From IMG/VR virus record IMGVR_UViG_3300045988_050566: 61,641 bases of DNA; one strand, written 5' to 3'. The position numbers were made by a program, and so were the translations under genes. The stretch comes from a virus. Positions 51,632 to 60,652 of the stretch are shown here, one piece after another. The notes under the pieces are model-generated. The model was not told where the DNA came from and did no database searches. It saw nothing but the letters and a program-made list of their open reading frames with translations. How positions within the stretch are numbered: the first letter of the stretch is position 1; each line of letters begins with the position of its first letter.

Positions 51632-51767
51632 CTTTACCGTGCATCATTTTCGTGGGGCAACGAAAATGGTCTGAACGGCCCGTGAGGGCCGCTGTTTGTC
51701 CGGGCGGGTATTTTCCCTACCCGCTCGCCCTCGGACGCTCCTGCGCCACGAGAGGAGGCAGGGGAAG

Positions 51768-52736
51768 CTATTCCTCCTCTATCCCCGCTTTCGCCTTGTT
51801 CCTCGCGTCCAGCTCTCGCTCCCATTCGCCGTCCATCTCCTCGATGGCCTGCTGCTGTAGCCTTTGCCGCTCCTCGAGGGAAAGGCCCAGCACCTCCGCG
51901 CTCACTACGGGCTGGGAGATGCAATGGCAGTTGATGCTTTCCTCCGGCGGGAGGCTGCTGTCGCGTGGGTACATCGGGTAGTAGGTTCCGCCCTTTATCC
52001 CGCGAAGCTCAAAGGGCTGGTCTTTCGGCACCCTCTGGCCGTCCATGTCCATGTGGTTCTTGCGCGGGTCGTTTCTGTAGGCCCCTGTGTGCTTCCACAT
52101 CTTTTCCTCGACCGCCGGGCTTTGCATAAATGCCTCCTGCTGGGCGACGCTGTGCGCCCGCAGCACCTCCGTAACGGCCACGCGCCGGGCCTTGTAGTAT
52201 TCGTCCCGTATGCCGCTGTCGAGGATGGAGCGGGTGAACTCCTGTATGCTGCTGCCGTCCCGCAGTCCCTTTTCGAGGATGGTCTCAATCTCCTTATGGC
52301 TATTGAGCTGCATAATCTCGCCCAGTGACGCGCTCCACGTCCTCACCCATGCGGTCGTTTTCTTGGACACCTGCTTTAGCTCGAGGTCTTTGTCTGTCTG
52401 CTGGATATAGTAGCCGATGAACTCGGGCATGAACTTCTCAAGCAGCTCCGTGAACACGGTCGCCAGCTTGCTCATAAGCTCGTCGCTCAACTTCACCCCC
52501 GGCCAAACGTCCGCTGCGAATGCCTCGAGGTCTACCGCGCCTTTCGCCGCCTCGAGGATATAGTCGGTCTCGGCCAGCAATGCGGCCGCAACCTGCTCCT
52601 CCATGTCCTCGAGGTAGTCCAGCGTCTTTTTCGGCTTTGCGTAGCCCTCCTCCTCAAGCGCGTCGGTCAGATCGCCGTCCGCCTTTTGGAGGTATGCGTC
52701 GATGGCCTTGAGGAGCGGCCCGCATTTCATGCACAT
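51768..52736 (-). CDS. head morphogenesis protein (SPP1 gp7 / Mu F-like, 322 aa)
   Basis: RVAVTEVLRAHSVAQQEAF ... WKHTGAYRNDPRKNHMDMDGQRV ... INCHC pattern. Confidence 0.8.
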   Translation of the reverse strand: MCMKCGPLLKAIDAYLQKADGDLTDALEEEGYAKPKKTLDYLEDMEEQVAAALLAETDYILEAAKGAVDLEAFAADVWPGVKLSDELMSKLATVFTELLEKFMPEFIGYYIQQTDKDLELKQVSKKTTAWVRTWSASLGEIMQLNSHKEIETILEKGLRDGSSIQEFTRSILDSGIRDEYYKARRVAVTEVLRAHSVAQQEAFMQSPAVEEKMWKHTGAYRNDPRKNHMDMDGQRVPKDQPFELRGIKGGTYYPMYPRDSSLPPEESINCHCISQPVVSAEVLGLSLEERQRLQQQAIEEMDGEWERELDARNKAKAGIEEE

Positions 52737-52739
52737 GGC

Positions 52740-54314
52740 TCACTCCCCCTTGTCCATCTTGAGCAGTAGGGCCTTGACCTCTTTCATCACGGCCACCACC
52801 GCGTCGTCATGCTGCGTCGCAGCTTTCTGTATCTGCCTCTGTAGGCTCATGGTGATGCCGCCGAGGTCGAACGTCGCTCCGCTCGCCTGCTGGTTCTTGT
52901 AGGACAGCGGAATGTCGCCCCACGCTACCTCCTCCGGGTTCTCCGGGTAGTCCTCCGCGTCCTCTCCAAGGGCCTCGTACACAATGCGCTTTGCCATGTT
53001 CGGCGTGAGGCCGCCCGCGCTGTTCGCCACGGTCAGCAGCTTTTGCAGGTCGTCCGGGTTGGAGATGTCCGGCTCGAGGAAATACGCCTCGACGTACTGG
53101 AAGTGGTAGCCGTTCAGTAGGCGGTTGTTGATGGCCCACGCAAGGCTCTTGCGCTCCGGCTGGAATACCTGTTCCTCCGTGACCTCCTGCGCGGTCTGCG
53201 CCGTGGCCCGGTTGAAATCGGTGGTGTAGCCCACGTAGAGGTCAGGGAGCTGGAAAGCCGACTGCACCTTGCGGCGGTTGTTGTCCATATACTCTTGGAA
53301 AAGCTCGTCCTTTTGGAGTATGCTCGCAAGGTCTTTGACCTCAATCTCCGGCTTTTCCTGCTGGTCGAAGTCTGCCCGCGCCTCCGTCGCCTCTGTCTCA
53401 AGGACGATGAAAGCGTGCTGCCCGGCCTCTCCCTTGATGTCGTTCATATACTGCTGTAGCTTCTCGAAGCTCTCGTCCGTCAGGGTGCCGCCCTTAACCA
53501 TAATCATCAGCGGCGTGTGCCGCCCATTGATGAAGTAGTTGTTATTCAGGCCCTCCGCCCTCCGGCTGCCGTCCACGCCAAGCACCTGCCCTATCCACCG
53601 CACCGTGCCGTATGGCTCCGTCCCGATGGCGAACTCCAACAGTTCGTTGGCTTGGTATTGCAGCTCAAGGGTCTCCCCGTCCTCAAGGTACTTGCCGTCC
53701 CGCATATCCATCACGCGGGGGTCTCCGAACTCTTTGAAGTAGACGACCTTTCCGCCGATTTCCTGCTTGTACTTGCAGTACCGCTTCTTGCGCTCAACCT
53801 CCTGCCCGTGGTGCCAGTAGGTCGTGGTGATATACGGCTCAAGGGGGCGCGACTTCCATACGCTCTCCGTCTCCTTGACGAACTCGATCTGTACGACCTC
53901 GCCCGCGATGTTTCGGATAACCTCGAGGTAGGAGATGCCGTAGGTCTCCCGCGCCTCAATGATGTCCTCGAACACCTCCTTGGTGTCCTGCTCGATGTTC
54001 AGCAGCTCGATAATCTCCTCCGCCCGCTGGAACTCCTCTGCCATCTCCGGCGTTTCCTCCACGTCCTCAATGTAGCGCACGCCGATTCCGAAGCCAGCAA
54101 TATTGTTCTTGTAGGCCCTGATGCACTGGGGGAGGATAGTGCTGTTCTCCACGAGCTTTGCAAGCCCGCGCATATCGTGCCGGGGGGTTATCCAGTCCCC
54201 CGCGTTGTATGCCTCCTGCTCCGTAACCTGTACGGGCGTGTCGGCCTTTTCGATGAGGCTCTGCTGCGCCTTAATGACGCGCACCTCCATGCTTGCCCGC
54301 TTGCTTTTAGCCAC
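52740..54314 (-). CDS. portal protein (524 aa, GTG start)
   Basis: Size and position between the terminase large subunit and the Mu F-like gene. Confidence 0.85.
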   Translation of the reverse strand: MAKSKRASMEVRVIKAQQSLIEKADTPVQVTEQEAYNAGDWITPRHDMRGLAKLVENSTILPQCIRAYKNNIAGFGIGVRYIEDVEETPEMAEEFQRAEEIIELLNIEQDTKEVFEDIIEARETYGISYLEVIRNIAGEVVQIEFVKETESVWKSRPLEPYITTTYWHHGQEVERKKRYCKYKQEIGGKVVYFKEFGDPRVMDMRDGKYLEDGETLELQYQANELLEFAIGTEPYGTVRWIGQVLGVDGSRRAEGLNNNYFINGRHTPLMIMVKGGTLTDESFEKLQQYMNDIKGEAGQHAFIVLETEATEARADFDQQEKPEIEVKDLASILQKDELFQEYMDNNRRKVQSAFQLPDLYVGYTTDFNRATAQTAQEVTEEQVFQPERKSLAWAINNRLLNGYHFQYVEAYFLEPDISNPDDLQKLLTVANSAGGLTPNMAKRIVYEALGEDAEDYPENPEEVAWGDIPLSYKNQQASGATFDLGGITMSLQRQIQKAATQHDDAVVAVMKEVKALLLKMDKGE

Positions 54315-55710
54315 TCTTTCTCACCCCTCTCCTCTTTGGCGGTTTCACTGGCAGGCAAAGCAGCAGCACGCAGTCCGCCTCGTCCGGGGACGGCTGCCCG
54401 CGCTTCTTTACCGCGTCCTTGCTCTCAATCTTGATTTTGCTCGCCTCCGTCAGCGCGTACTTGCGCCCGGAAAGCTGCGCCACGAGGTCGTCGTCGTCCG
54501 GGAGTATCAGCTCCACGGGCTTTCGCTGCCCGTCCTCGTCGTATGGCTGTAACAGCTTCTTCACCACGGCCATCATGTACGTGGTGCTGTCGTGGTAATA
54601 CTTGTGCTTGATGCGCTGGCCGAACTTCACCGGGTACACCTCAAGCCACCAGAAACGCTCCGGGGCGTTCCGCTTCACCTGCCGCAGGCGGTCTACCACG
54701 CCGCCGCCCACGCCGCCGTCGTCTATCTTGACGGGGATGGGGTCGGTCAGGTGGTATCTCTGCACGAGCTGTTCGCCCAGCATGATAATGTCGTCTGCGG
54801 TTTTCATGGTGTCCTGCCCCTGCCGCTTCTTGTAGAACGTCACCTTTTCGTCCACCTTGTACCCGATTACCGTCTTGTCGTCGCCAAACCGGGCAACATC
54901 GCACCCGATATGCACCAAATCCGGGTTTTTCCGGGGAGAAAACTCCGTCTGAATGGAGTTTTCGACGAGAGAAATCGGAATAAAAATATCATCCTCCTGT
55001 AGCGGAAAGTCCCCGGCGACGCGAACTCGGAACACGTCGCTGTCCTCTCCGTACATTCGGATGATGGTGTCGATAAAGTCCTGTGATACCCGGCTGCTGT
55101 TCCTCCCGTCGATATGGAACGTGGAGTAGCTGGCCCGGTTCTTTGTATGGCTGTCGTAGAAAAAGCCCGTGAGCTGCGTCGGGTTCCCGCACATCAGGAG
55201 CCGCGCCCCCGGTGTCGAAAGCGCGCCCAGCACAGGCTCAAATATCGTGTCGTCCACGCCGCTGGCCTCGTCGATGATGTAAAGGACGTGTTCAGCGTGG
55301 AAGCCCTGTAGCGCGTCCGGCTTGCTGGCCGTTCGTGCCACCGCGAACCATTCCTCCGGGTAGCCCCTCATGTAGAGCTTTTCCTTTGTCCATATCAGCT
55401 CATTGGCGAGAGCCTTGTTGTTCCTTATCCACTTGCTGACCTCCGCCCACAAGATGTCGAATAGCTGGTGCTGCGTCGGTGCCGTGCATGGGATTTTGGG
55501 GAATGGGTGCGTGCATATAAACCAAATGACCGCCCACGCCTCCACCGCGCTCTTTCCCACGCCGTGGCCGCTGCGAACGGTCGTCATTGGATTGGCCGCC
55601 ACGCTGCGGAGTATCTTCGCCTGCTCCGGGTCGGGCCTCGCTCTTATCACGTCCTCGGTAAATTCTACCGGGTGGTCTGCGTAGTACAGTATCGCCTCCG
55701 CGTCAAGCAT
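54307..55710 (-). CDS. terL: terminase large subunit (467 aa)
   Basis: Walker A VRSGHGVGKSAV, Walker B VLYIIDEASGV, C-terminal nuclease region IGCDVARFGDDKTVI. Confidence 0.9.
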   Translation of the reverse strand: MLDAEAILYYADHPVEFTEDVIRARPDPEQAKILRSVAANPMTTVRSGHGVGKSAVEAWAVIWFICTHPFPKIPCTAPTQHQLFDILWAEVSKWIRNNKALANELIWTKEKLYMRGYPEEWFAVARTASKPDALQGFHAEHVLYIIDEASGVDDTIFEPVLGALSTPGARLLMCGNPTQLTGFFYDSHTKNRASYSTFHIDGRNSSRVSQDFIDTIIRMYGEDSDVFRVRVAGDFPLQEDDIFIPISLVENSIQTEFSPRKNPDLVHIGCDVARFGDDKTVIGYKVDEKVTFYKKRQGQDTMKTADDIIMLGEQLVQRYHLTDPIPVKIDDGGVGGGVVDRLRQVKRNAPERFWWLEVYPVKFGQRIKHKYYHDSTTYMMAVVKKLLQPYDEDGQRKPVELILPDDDDLVAQLSGRKYALTEASKIKIESKDAVKKRGQPSPDEADCVLLLCLPVKPPKRRGVRKSG

Positions 55711-56200
55711 TGCCCTCCTCCTTTCGCTTCTGATACGCCGCTACGATGGTGTCCGCGAGCTGCGTGGGCGCGTCGCTGGCCCCCTTGCTGCTCTGCTCCT
55801 CGAACATACGGTTCAGCCGCTCGAGGTCGGTCGCCATTTTGATATACTCCTTAACGTCCTTTGGGGACATATCCTCGACTGACAAGCTGGCGAGGGCTTC
55901 CAGTGCCTTTTTCTGCACCTGCATGGCTATCTTGATATGGCGTTCCGTCATGTCCTTGCGGCCCTTGACGGCCTTGGCCCGCGCTTCCTTGTCCAGCTCA
56001 TTCTCATAAGCCCGGACGCGCTCCTGCCAATCGTGGGCCACGCTCCAACGCTCCATCAGGGCCTTACTCTTGCCTAACTGCTGCCCGACGGCCCGCAGGC
56101 TGCGCTCCGGCCCCATGTCCCGGTACGCTGCAAATGCCTCAAATGCCTTTTCGCTCTCGCCCTTTTGACGCTCCCACGGCTTGTCAGTCCATTTTCCCAT
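55703..56200 (-). CDS. terS: terminase small subunit (165 aa)
   Basis: N-terminal HTH-like EKAFEAFAAYRDMGPERSLRAVGQQLGKSKALMERWS. Overlaps the terL start by 8 nt. Confidence 0.75.
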   Translation of the reverse strand: MGKWTDKPWERQKGESEKAFEAFAAYRDMGPERSLRAVGQQLGKSKALMERWSVAHDWQERVRAYENELDKEARAKAVKGRKDMTERHIKIAMQVQKKALEALASLSVEDMSPKDVKEYIKMATDLERLNRMFEEQSSKGASDAPTQLADTIVAAYQKRKEEGNA

Positions 56201-56236
56201 GTCCTCCTCTCCTTTGCCTTTTTATCCGCCGTGGGT

Positions 56237-57256
56237 TTACTCGTCGAGGCCGAACATTCTGCGGTAGTAGTCTGTCTTGCTCGACAACTCCTCCTGCATC
56301 AAGCCGTAGAAGCTCTGCTTGTTGATTTTCTTGTTGATGCCCGCCACCTGATTTAGGCTTTGGAAGCACCCGCCCGTGCCTATCTGCTTCATCAGCTCCG
56401 TAGGCTCCGGGTTCTTTCCGTTCAGCAGCATACACAGGTTGTAGTCGTTCCCTTTGAAGCCCTCAAGCCCGTCGATGCCGCAGCACGTCATGCTGTCTCC
56501 CATCGCCCGCAGGCGGTTCTCCCCGGCGTAGAATTTGAGGCCGTGGCGGTGGCACTCCGCCCTGATTGCCTCGAAGTGCGGCCGCAGCACGTTCAGCGGG
56601 TAGCAATGGTCGCCCCCGATTTTCACCATGCCCTTTTTGGCCTTGTAGAACTTCATGCCCTCCACCACTACGCCGTAAACGCCTGCGGCGGCCAGCCGGG
56701 GGATATTCGCCATCACGTCCCTAAAGACCTCCGGCATATACGGCTGTACGCGGACAATTACCCGCTGCACTCTGCCCGCGAGCTTTTCCACGATTTTCAG
56801 CCGCTCCTCGTAGGGCGGTGTCCCCGGTTCGAGCGGGTCGTACTTGCTGCACACCATGCTCACCTGCACGACGCAGTTGCATTGCGCCAGCAGGTCGAGG
56901 TATTCCGGGTCTGCCACGAGCCGTCCCTTGGTGCTTACCACGAACGGGTACTTGGTCTCCGCCAGCAGCTTCAAGCACTCGTAGGAGGCGCGGATATTCT
57001 TCTCGATGGGCTGGAATGGGTCGCTCATGCCGCCCCAGTGGATGGGGATATTCCAGTCGCACCACGCCGTCTCGCGGCCCCGCTTTCCCTCGATGAACGA
57101 GCGCAGGGCCTCCACGGTCTCGTCCCTCTGTATCTTTGCGATGTTCTGCTTCTTTTGGGCGAAGCAGTATTTGCACCCGTGGCTGCACCCCTTGTAGGTG
57201 TCGAAGCGCACGGGGAGGTTGCATAGGATAACCTGTGTCCCGCATTTGCAGCCCAT
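56237..57256 (-). CDS. radical SAM protein (SPL/COG1533-like, about 339 aa)
   Basis: CSHGCKYCFA = CxxxCxxC cluster near the N-terminus. TGATG coupling to the upstream ParB-like gene. Confidence 0.8.
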   Translation of the reverse strand: MGCKCGTQVILCNLPVRFDTYKGCSHGCKYCFAQKKQNIAKIQRDETVEALRSFIEGKRGRETAWCDWNIPIHWGGMSDPFQPIEKNIRASYECLKLLAETKYPFVVSTKGRLVADPEYLDLLAQCNCVVQVSMVCSKYDPLEPGTPPYEERLKIVEKLAGRVQRVIVRVQPYMPEVFRDVMANIPRLAAAGVYGVVVEGMKFYKAKKGMVKIGGDHCYPLNVLRPHFEAIRAECHRHGLKFYAGENRLRAMGDSMTCCGIDGLEGFKGNDYNLCMLLNGKNPEPTELMKQIGTGGCFQSLNQVAGINKKINKQSFYGLMQEELSSKTDYYRRMFGLDE

Positions 57257-57825
57257 CAAATCTCCCCCTTTGCTTTCTGTATGATTACCTCCACAAGAGC
57301 CTCTTTCCCGTAGTCCTTGACAAAGGCTTTCAGCTCCTCTTGGTCTGCCTTGTCGAATGTCAGGCTCACGTTGAACAGCTCCTCGATGGCCCGCAGCTCC
57401 TCGTCCACGGTGTCGCCGTCAATCAGGCTGTCGATGTCGTTGGTGAGGCTGTCGATTTCCTGCTGGTTGAAGCCCGTGAGCGTCGCGTCGTCCCCCAGCT
57501 CCGCCAGCAGCGCGCCCAGTTTCTCCTCGTCCCATCCGCCCTCGATTTTGTTGAGGGCCACGTTGAGCTGCCGCTCCTGCATCGGGTCGAGGTCTACCAC
57601 CGACACGTCCACCTCGGTCTCGCCCTCGTTTTCGAGGACGGTGAGCCTCTGGTGGCCGCCCACCACGTTATTCGTCCGCTTATTCCATATCACCGGGATA
57701 AGCAGCCCGTAGGTGGTAATGCTGCGCCGGAGGTTTTCGTACTCCGGGTCTCCGGGGATAAGGTCTATCCGGGGGTTGTACGTCGCCCAGTTGAGGTCGC
57801 TGATTCTCTTTCGCTCTATCTGCAT
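57256..57825 (-). CDS. ParB-like nuclease domain protein (IbrB-like), copy 2 (189 aa)
   Basis: ATYNPRIDLIPGDPEYENLRRSITTYGLLIPVIWNKRTNNVVGGHQRL. Confidence 0.8.
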   Translation of the reverse strand: MQIERKRISDLNWATYNPRIDLIPGDPEYENLRRSITTYGLLIPVIWNKRTNNVVGGHQRLTVLENEGETEVDVSVVDLDPMQERQLNVALNKIEGGWDEEKLGALLAELGDDATLTGFNQQEIDSLTNDIDSLIDGDTVDEELRAIEELFNVSLTFDKADQEELKAFVKDYGKEALVEVIIQKAKGEI

Positions 57826-58415
57826 TACAGCACCCCCTTGACCTTGTTTATGATCGCCGTCGCCAGCTCCACCTTGGCGTTCTCCTTGGTTTTCATGTAC
57901 TCCTCCACCGTCTCCCGCGCTCCCGCCGGGAGGCTGAACGTCATGGTAAAAGTGCTGCGCTCTTTCGCGTCGTCGTAGCCGGAGAAGTCCTCCTCCATCA
58001 GGTCTTTGATGTGGTCGTACTGCATGAGGAGGCTTTGCAGCTCCCAGTCCTCGAAGCCCGTCAAATCCATCGCCCCAGCCTCGTCCAGCTCTTGGAGCAG
58101 GTCGGCCAGCTTGCCGATGTCCCAGCGGCCCTTTACCTTGTTTAGCAGGACGTTGAGGATTTTCTCGTCCCTCTCGTCGAGGTCAACGACGACCGCCTCT
58201 ATCTCCTCCGCGCCCTTTTCCAGCAGTACCTTGAGGCGTTGGTGGCCGCCGACGACGCGCCCGGTGCGCTCGTTCCAAATAATCGGCTCCACATAGCCGA
58301 ACTCCTCTATACTCCGGCGCAGCTTTTGGTACTCTGCGTCCTCCGGCTGCAAATCCCGCCGGGGGTTGTAGTCGGCGGGCTTGAGCTGCGTCGCTTTCAG
58401 CGTCCGTATTTCCAC
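57825..58415 (-). CDS. ParB-like nuclease domain protein (IbrB-like), copy 1 (196 aa, GTG start)
   Basis: ADYNPRRDLQPEDAEYQKLRRSIEEFGYVEPIIWNERTGRVVGGHQRL. GAAAGGAGAGG before the GTG at 58415. Confidence 0.8.
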   Translation of the reverse strand: MEIRTLKATQLKPADYNPRRDLQPEDAEYQKLRRSIEEFGYVEPIIWNERTGRVVGGHQRLKVLLEKGAEEIEAVVVDLDERDEKILNVLLNKVKGRWDIGKLADLLQELDEAGAMDLTGFEDWELQSLLMQYDHIKDLMEEDFSGYDDAKERSTFTMTFSLPAGARETVEEYMKTKENAKVELATAIINKVKGVL

Positions 58416-58457
58416 GTTCCCTCTCCTTTCTGCCCCTTTTCGGGCCGGAAATTCCCT

Positions 58458-58499
58458 AAAAAAATACGCCACCCGTTGGAAATCCCAAACAGGCGGCGT
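58458..58499 (-). terminator. rho-independent terminator after the ArpU-like gene
   Basis: Minus strand: ACGCCGCC...GGTGGCGT stem followed by ATTTTTTT. Confidence 0.6.
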
Positions 58500-58580
58500 T
58501 TTCTCTCCGTGATTTTACAGCTTACATTTTACCACTTCCAAGAGTGAAATGTAAATGCCTGCTTTGTGCCCCGGATAGCG

Positions 58581-59234
58581 TCAAAGCCTCTCAATGCCTC
58601 CCACGCCAAAGAACAGGGCCGTTAAATCCGCCGCGCACAAGTCAATATCCTTGTAGACCGTCCTCTTGTCAATGTGCTCCTGCTTGGCGATTTGCTCCGC
58701 CGTGGTGTAGTTCTCGGAAAGGTAAAGCCCCTCCAACACCCGCCAGTGCCTTTTGTCGTCCTGCCGGTTCGACCTCTCGCACATGATTTCGTAGCAGTCC
58801 AGCATTTTATTCACATGGGTCATAATAATGCGGGTGGCGAGGTAGTTCTTCTGAATGCTTTCCACGAATATCTCCTCGTCCGCCGGGCGGCCCATGCTGC
58901 GCATGATGTCCTCGAAGCTCTCGTCGGCCTCCTCTGCGTCCTCGATACTGAATATCGCGTTCTGGTAATAGGCATTGAGCCGCCGGTAGTTGCGGAGCAG
59001 CAGCTTGGTATTCTGGTACTTCCAATCGTATTGCTTCTTTCGGTAGGCCTTGCGCTCCCGCTCCACCGCTTTCACGGCGGCCTTTGCGCCCACATCTGCT
59101 CCCGCTGCCGCGCCAATGGTTACGCCGAGGTTGACGGCTGCCTGTAGCTTCTCGTCCAGCTCTCTCATACTGGCCTCGATTGCCGCCGTGACTGCCGCCT
59201 CGATAAGGGCCTTTGCTTCTTCTTTGCTTGTCAT
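58581..59234 (-). CDS. ArpU/RinA-type late transcriptional regulator (217 aa)
   Basis: TKLLLRNYRRLNAYYQNA ... C-terminal HTH TAEQIAKQEHIDKRTVYKDIDLCAADLTALFFGV. Lies upstream of the packaging genes. Confidence 0.7.
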   Translation of the reverse strand: MTSKEEAKALIEAAVTAAIEASMRELDEKLQAAVNLGVTIGAAAGADVGAKAAVKAVERERKAYRKKQYDWKYQNTKLLLRNYRRLNAYYQNAIFSIEDAEEADESFEDIMRSMGRPADEEIFVESIQKNYLATRIIMTHVNKMLDCYEIMCERSNRQDDKRHWRVLEGLYLSENYTTAEQIAKQEHIDKRTVYKDIDLCAADLTALFFGVGGIERL

Positions 59235-59292
59235 AGAGATAACTCCCTCCTTTGGGTTTTTGATTTTGGGAGTTACCTCCCGCTCCGCTTGT

Positions 59293-59436
59293 TTAAGGCC
59301 AGCCCCAGTAGTCCGGGTCGTCCTTGTGTTCCTGCCACTCCGGGTCGTTCCTCCTCTTTTCGATGGCCCGCACCCACGGAATGACTATGACTATCGCCGC
59401 CAGCAGGCTTATCCCTGCCGCTATCAGGTACTCCAC
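59293..59436 (-). CDS. small membrane protein (47 aa, GTG start, below ORF-track cutoff)
   Basis: Own translation (M)EYLIAAGISLLAAIVIVIPWVRAIEKRRNDPEWQEHKDDPDYWGWP after GAGGGGAGG. Confidence 0.4.
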   Translation of the reverse strand: MEYLIAAGISLLAAIVIVIPWVRAIEKRRNDPEWQEHKDDPDYWGWP

Positions 59437-59450
59437 GCCCCCGCCTCCCC

Positions 59451-59957
59451 TCAAAGGAATTGCAGTACGCCGCCTATGTACCTGACCTTGTACTCCTGCA
59501 CGTCCTCCGGCTTTATGTACTTCCTGCCGTATCGCGCTTTCATGTCCCGAAACACCTCCCAAGGTATTCGGAAAAACTGCTGAAAGCTGAACGATACCAG
59601 CACGAAGCACTCCGCGCCGAGGGCTGCGTGGCGGTTGAGTTGCTTCTCCTGCTCCTCGCTCACGACGCTCTGCTGTAGCCGGTCGCCGTCCGTGTGCTTT
59701 GCCTCGAACACGATTGCTCGGCCTCCCTTGAGGGTGCCCTTGTAGTCCGGCTGGGCCTGCTTGGTGTAGCAGGCGAGGAACTGCCCCCGGCTGTTCGGGC
59801 GGCCCAACGGCTTCATCGGCTCCGGGGTCTTGGTGATCTCCGCTGCCCCGGTCAGGCGGTAGTGCCTGCACGCGGCCTCAATCACTTCCTCCCATATCTC
59901 CCCGGCGGCCCGGCTGCGTCTGCCTGCTGCTGCGGCTCTGTACCGCGCCGCGTCCAT
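59451..59957 (-). CDS. RecU-like Holliday junction resolvase (168 aa)
   Basis: QPDYKGTLKGGRAIVFEAKHT ... ECFVLVSF pattern of RecU-type PD-(D/E)xK resolvases. TGATG coupling to the upstream gene. Confidence 0.7.
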   Translation of the reverse strand: MDAARYRAAAAGRRSRAAGEIWEEVIEAACRHYRLTGAAEITKTPEPMKPLGRPNSRGQFLACYTKQAQPDYKGTLKGGRAIVFEAKHTDGDRLQQSVVSEEQEKQLNRHAALGAECFVLVSFSFQQFFRIPWEVFRDMKARYGRKYIKPEDVQEYKVRYIGGVLQFL

Positions 59958-60259
59958 CACATCAGCCCCATTTCCGTGGCAAGCTGTGCCACCTTGTAGG
60001 CGGTCGCGCTTTTAATGCCCTTGCACTTGCCCTCTGCAAGGGCCGCAACGAGCGTTTTTACCGCCGAGGTGTCCCCGATAGGCCCAGCCGCCTCCGCGCC
60101 ATCCTGCGCCACGCTGGGGCCGCTGGCTACCAGTTCTGTGTCTGCCGCCCGGTGGAACTCCTCGACGAGTTGTTTGTCGGTCATGTTCCGCAGCCGCACC
60201 GCCTCCTTGTGGAGGGCCAGCTCCTCCGGGGTGTATCTGCACTTTCTCTTTCTACTCAT
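59957..60259 (-). CDS. hypothetical protein (100 aa)
   Basis: MSRKRKCRYTPEELALHKEAVRLRNMTDKQLVEEF after GGAGGAAA. Confidence 0.6.
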   Translation of the reverse strand: MSRKRKCRYTPEELALHKEAVRLRNMTDKQLVEEFHRAADTELVASGPSVAQDGAEAAGPIGDTSAVKTLVAALAEGKCKGIKSATAYKVAQLATEMGLM

Positions 60260-60593
60260 GGTCGGTTTCCTCCCCTTTCTTTGGCTCAAACTGCAAGCAG
60301 GCCTTTGTCCTGCGCGTCTTGTACTTGCGCCCCGGCCTGTTTCGGATTGGCAAGGGGCAGAAGCCCCCGTTTTTCGTCGCAGCGTCCCGCTCCCATTTGG
60401 CGCAGTTGCCGCACACCTTTCCGACGATCTCAATCCGCTTTTCCTCTTTCTCGACCGCCCGTAGGATTTTGACCGCCTCCCGCAGGGCCTCCGCATCGTG
60501 CTTAAAAATGCTGTCCGGGTCGTCCGGCGGTATCAGGCTCTCCCGGTCGTCGATTTGGTCGAGTAAGCTGCTGATGATTTCCTCGATTTTCAT
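60252..60593 (-). CDS. hypothetical Cys-containing protein (113 aa)
   Basis: ORF track; CGNCAKW ... FCPLP motifs; RBS AGAGGAGG. Confidence 0.6.
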   Translation of the reverse strand: MKIEEIISSLLDQIDDRESLIPPDDPDSIFKHDAEALREAVKILRAVEKEEKRIEIVGKVCGNCAKWERDAATKNGGFCPLPIRNRPGRKYKTRRTKACLQFEPKKGEETDHE

Positions 60594-60608
60594 GGCCGCG
60601 CCTCCTCT

Positions 60609-60634
60609 CTCCCCGGAGCTTTCGCTCCGGGGAG
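60609..60634 (-). promoter_or_regulatory. perfect 11-bp GC-rich hairpin with GAAA loop, 18 nt downstream of VR2
   Basis: Minus strand: CTCCCCGGAGC-GAAA-GCTCCGGGGAG. Confidence 0.7.
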
Positions 60635-60652
60635 GTTTTCTGTGATGTTGGA

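Noticed and set aside
51573-51767. Checked whether the multi-hairpin intergenic regions (51.6 kb, 16.8-17.1 kb, 22.35-22.66 kb, 43.38-43.47 kb) hide tRNA genes.
   Set aside because: The stems are consecutive independent hairpins with no acceptor stem closing them and no T-loop GTTCRANYC-type motif. No cloverleaf could be drawn by eye. A tRNAscan-type search was not possible here.
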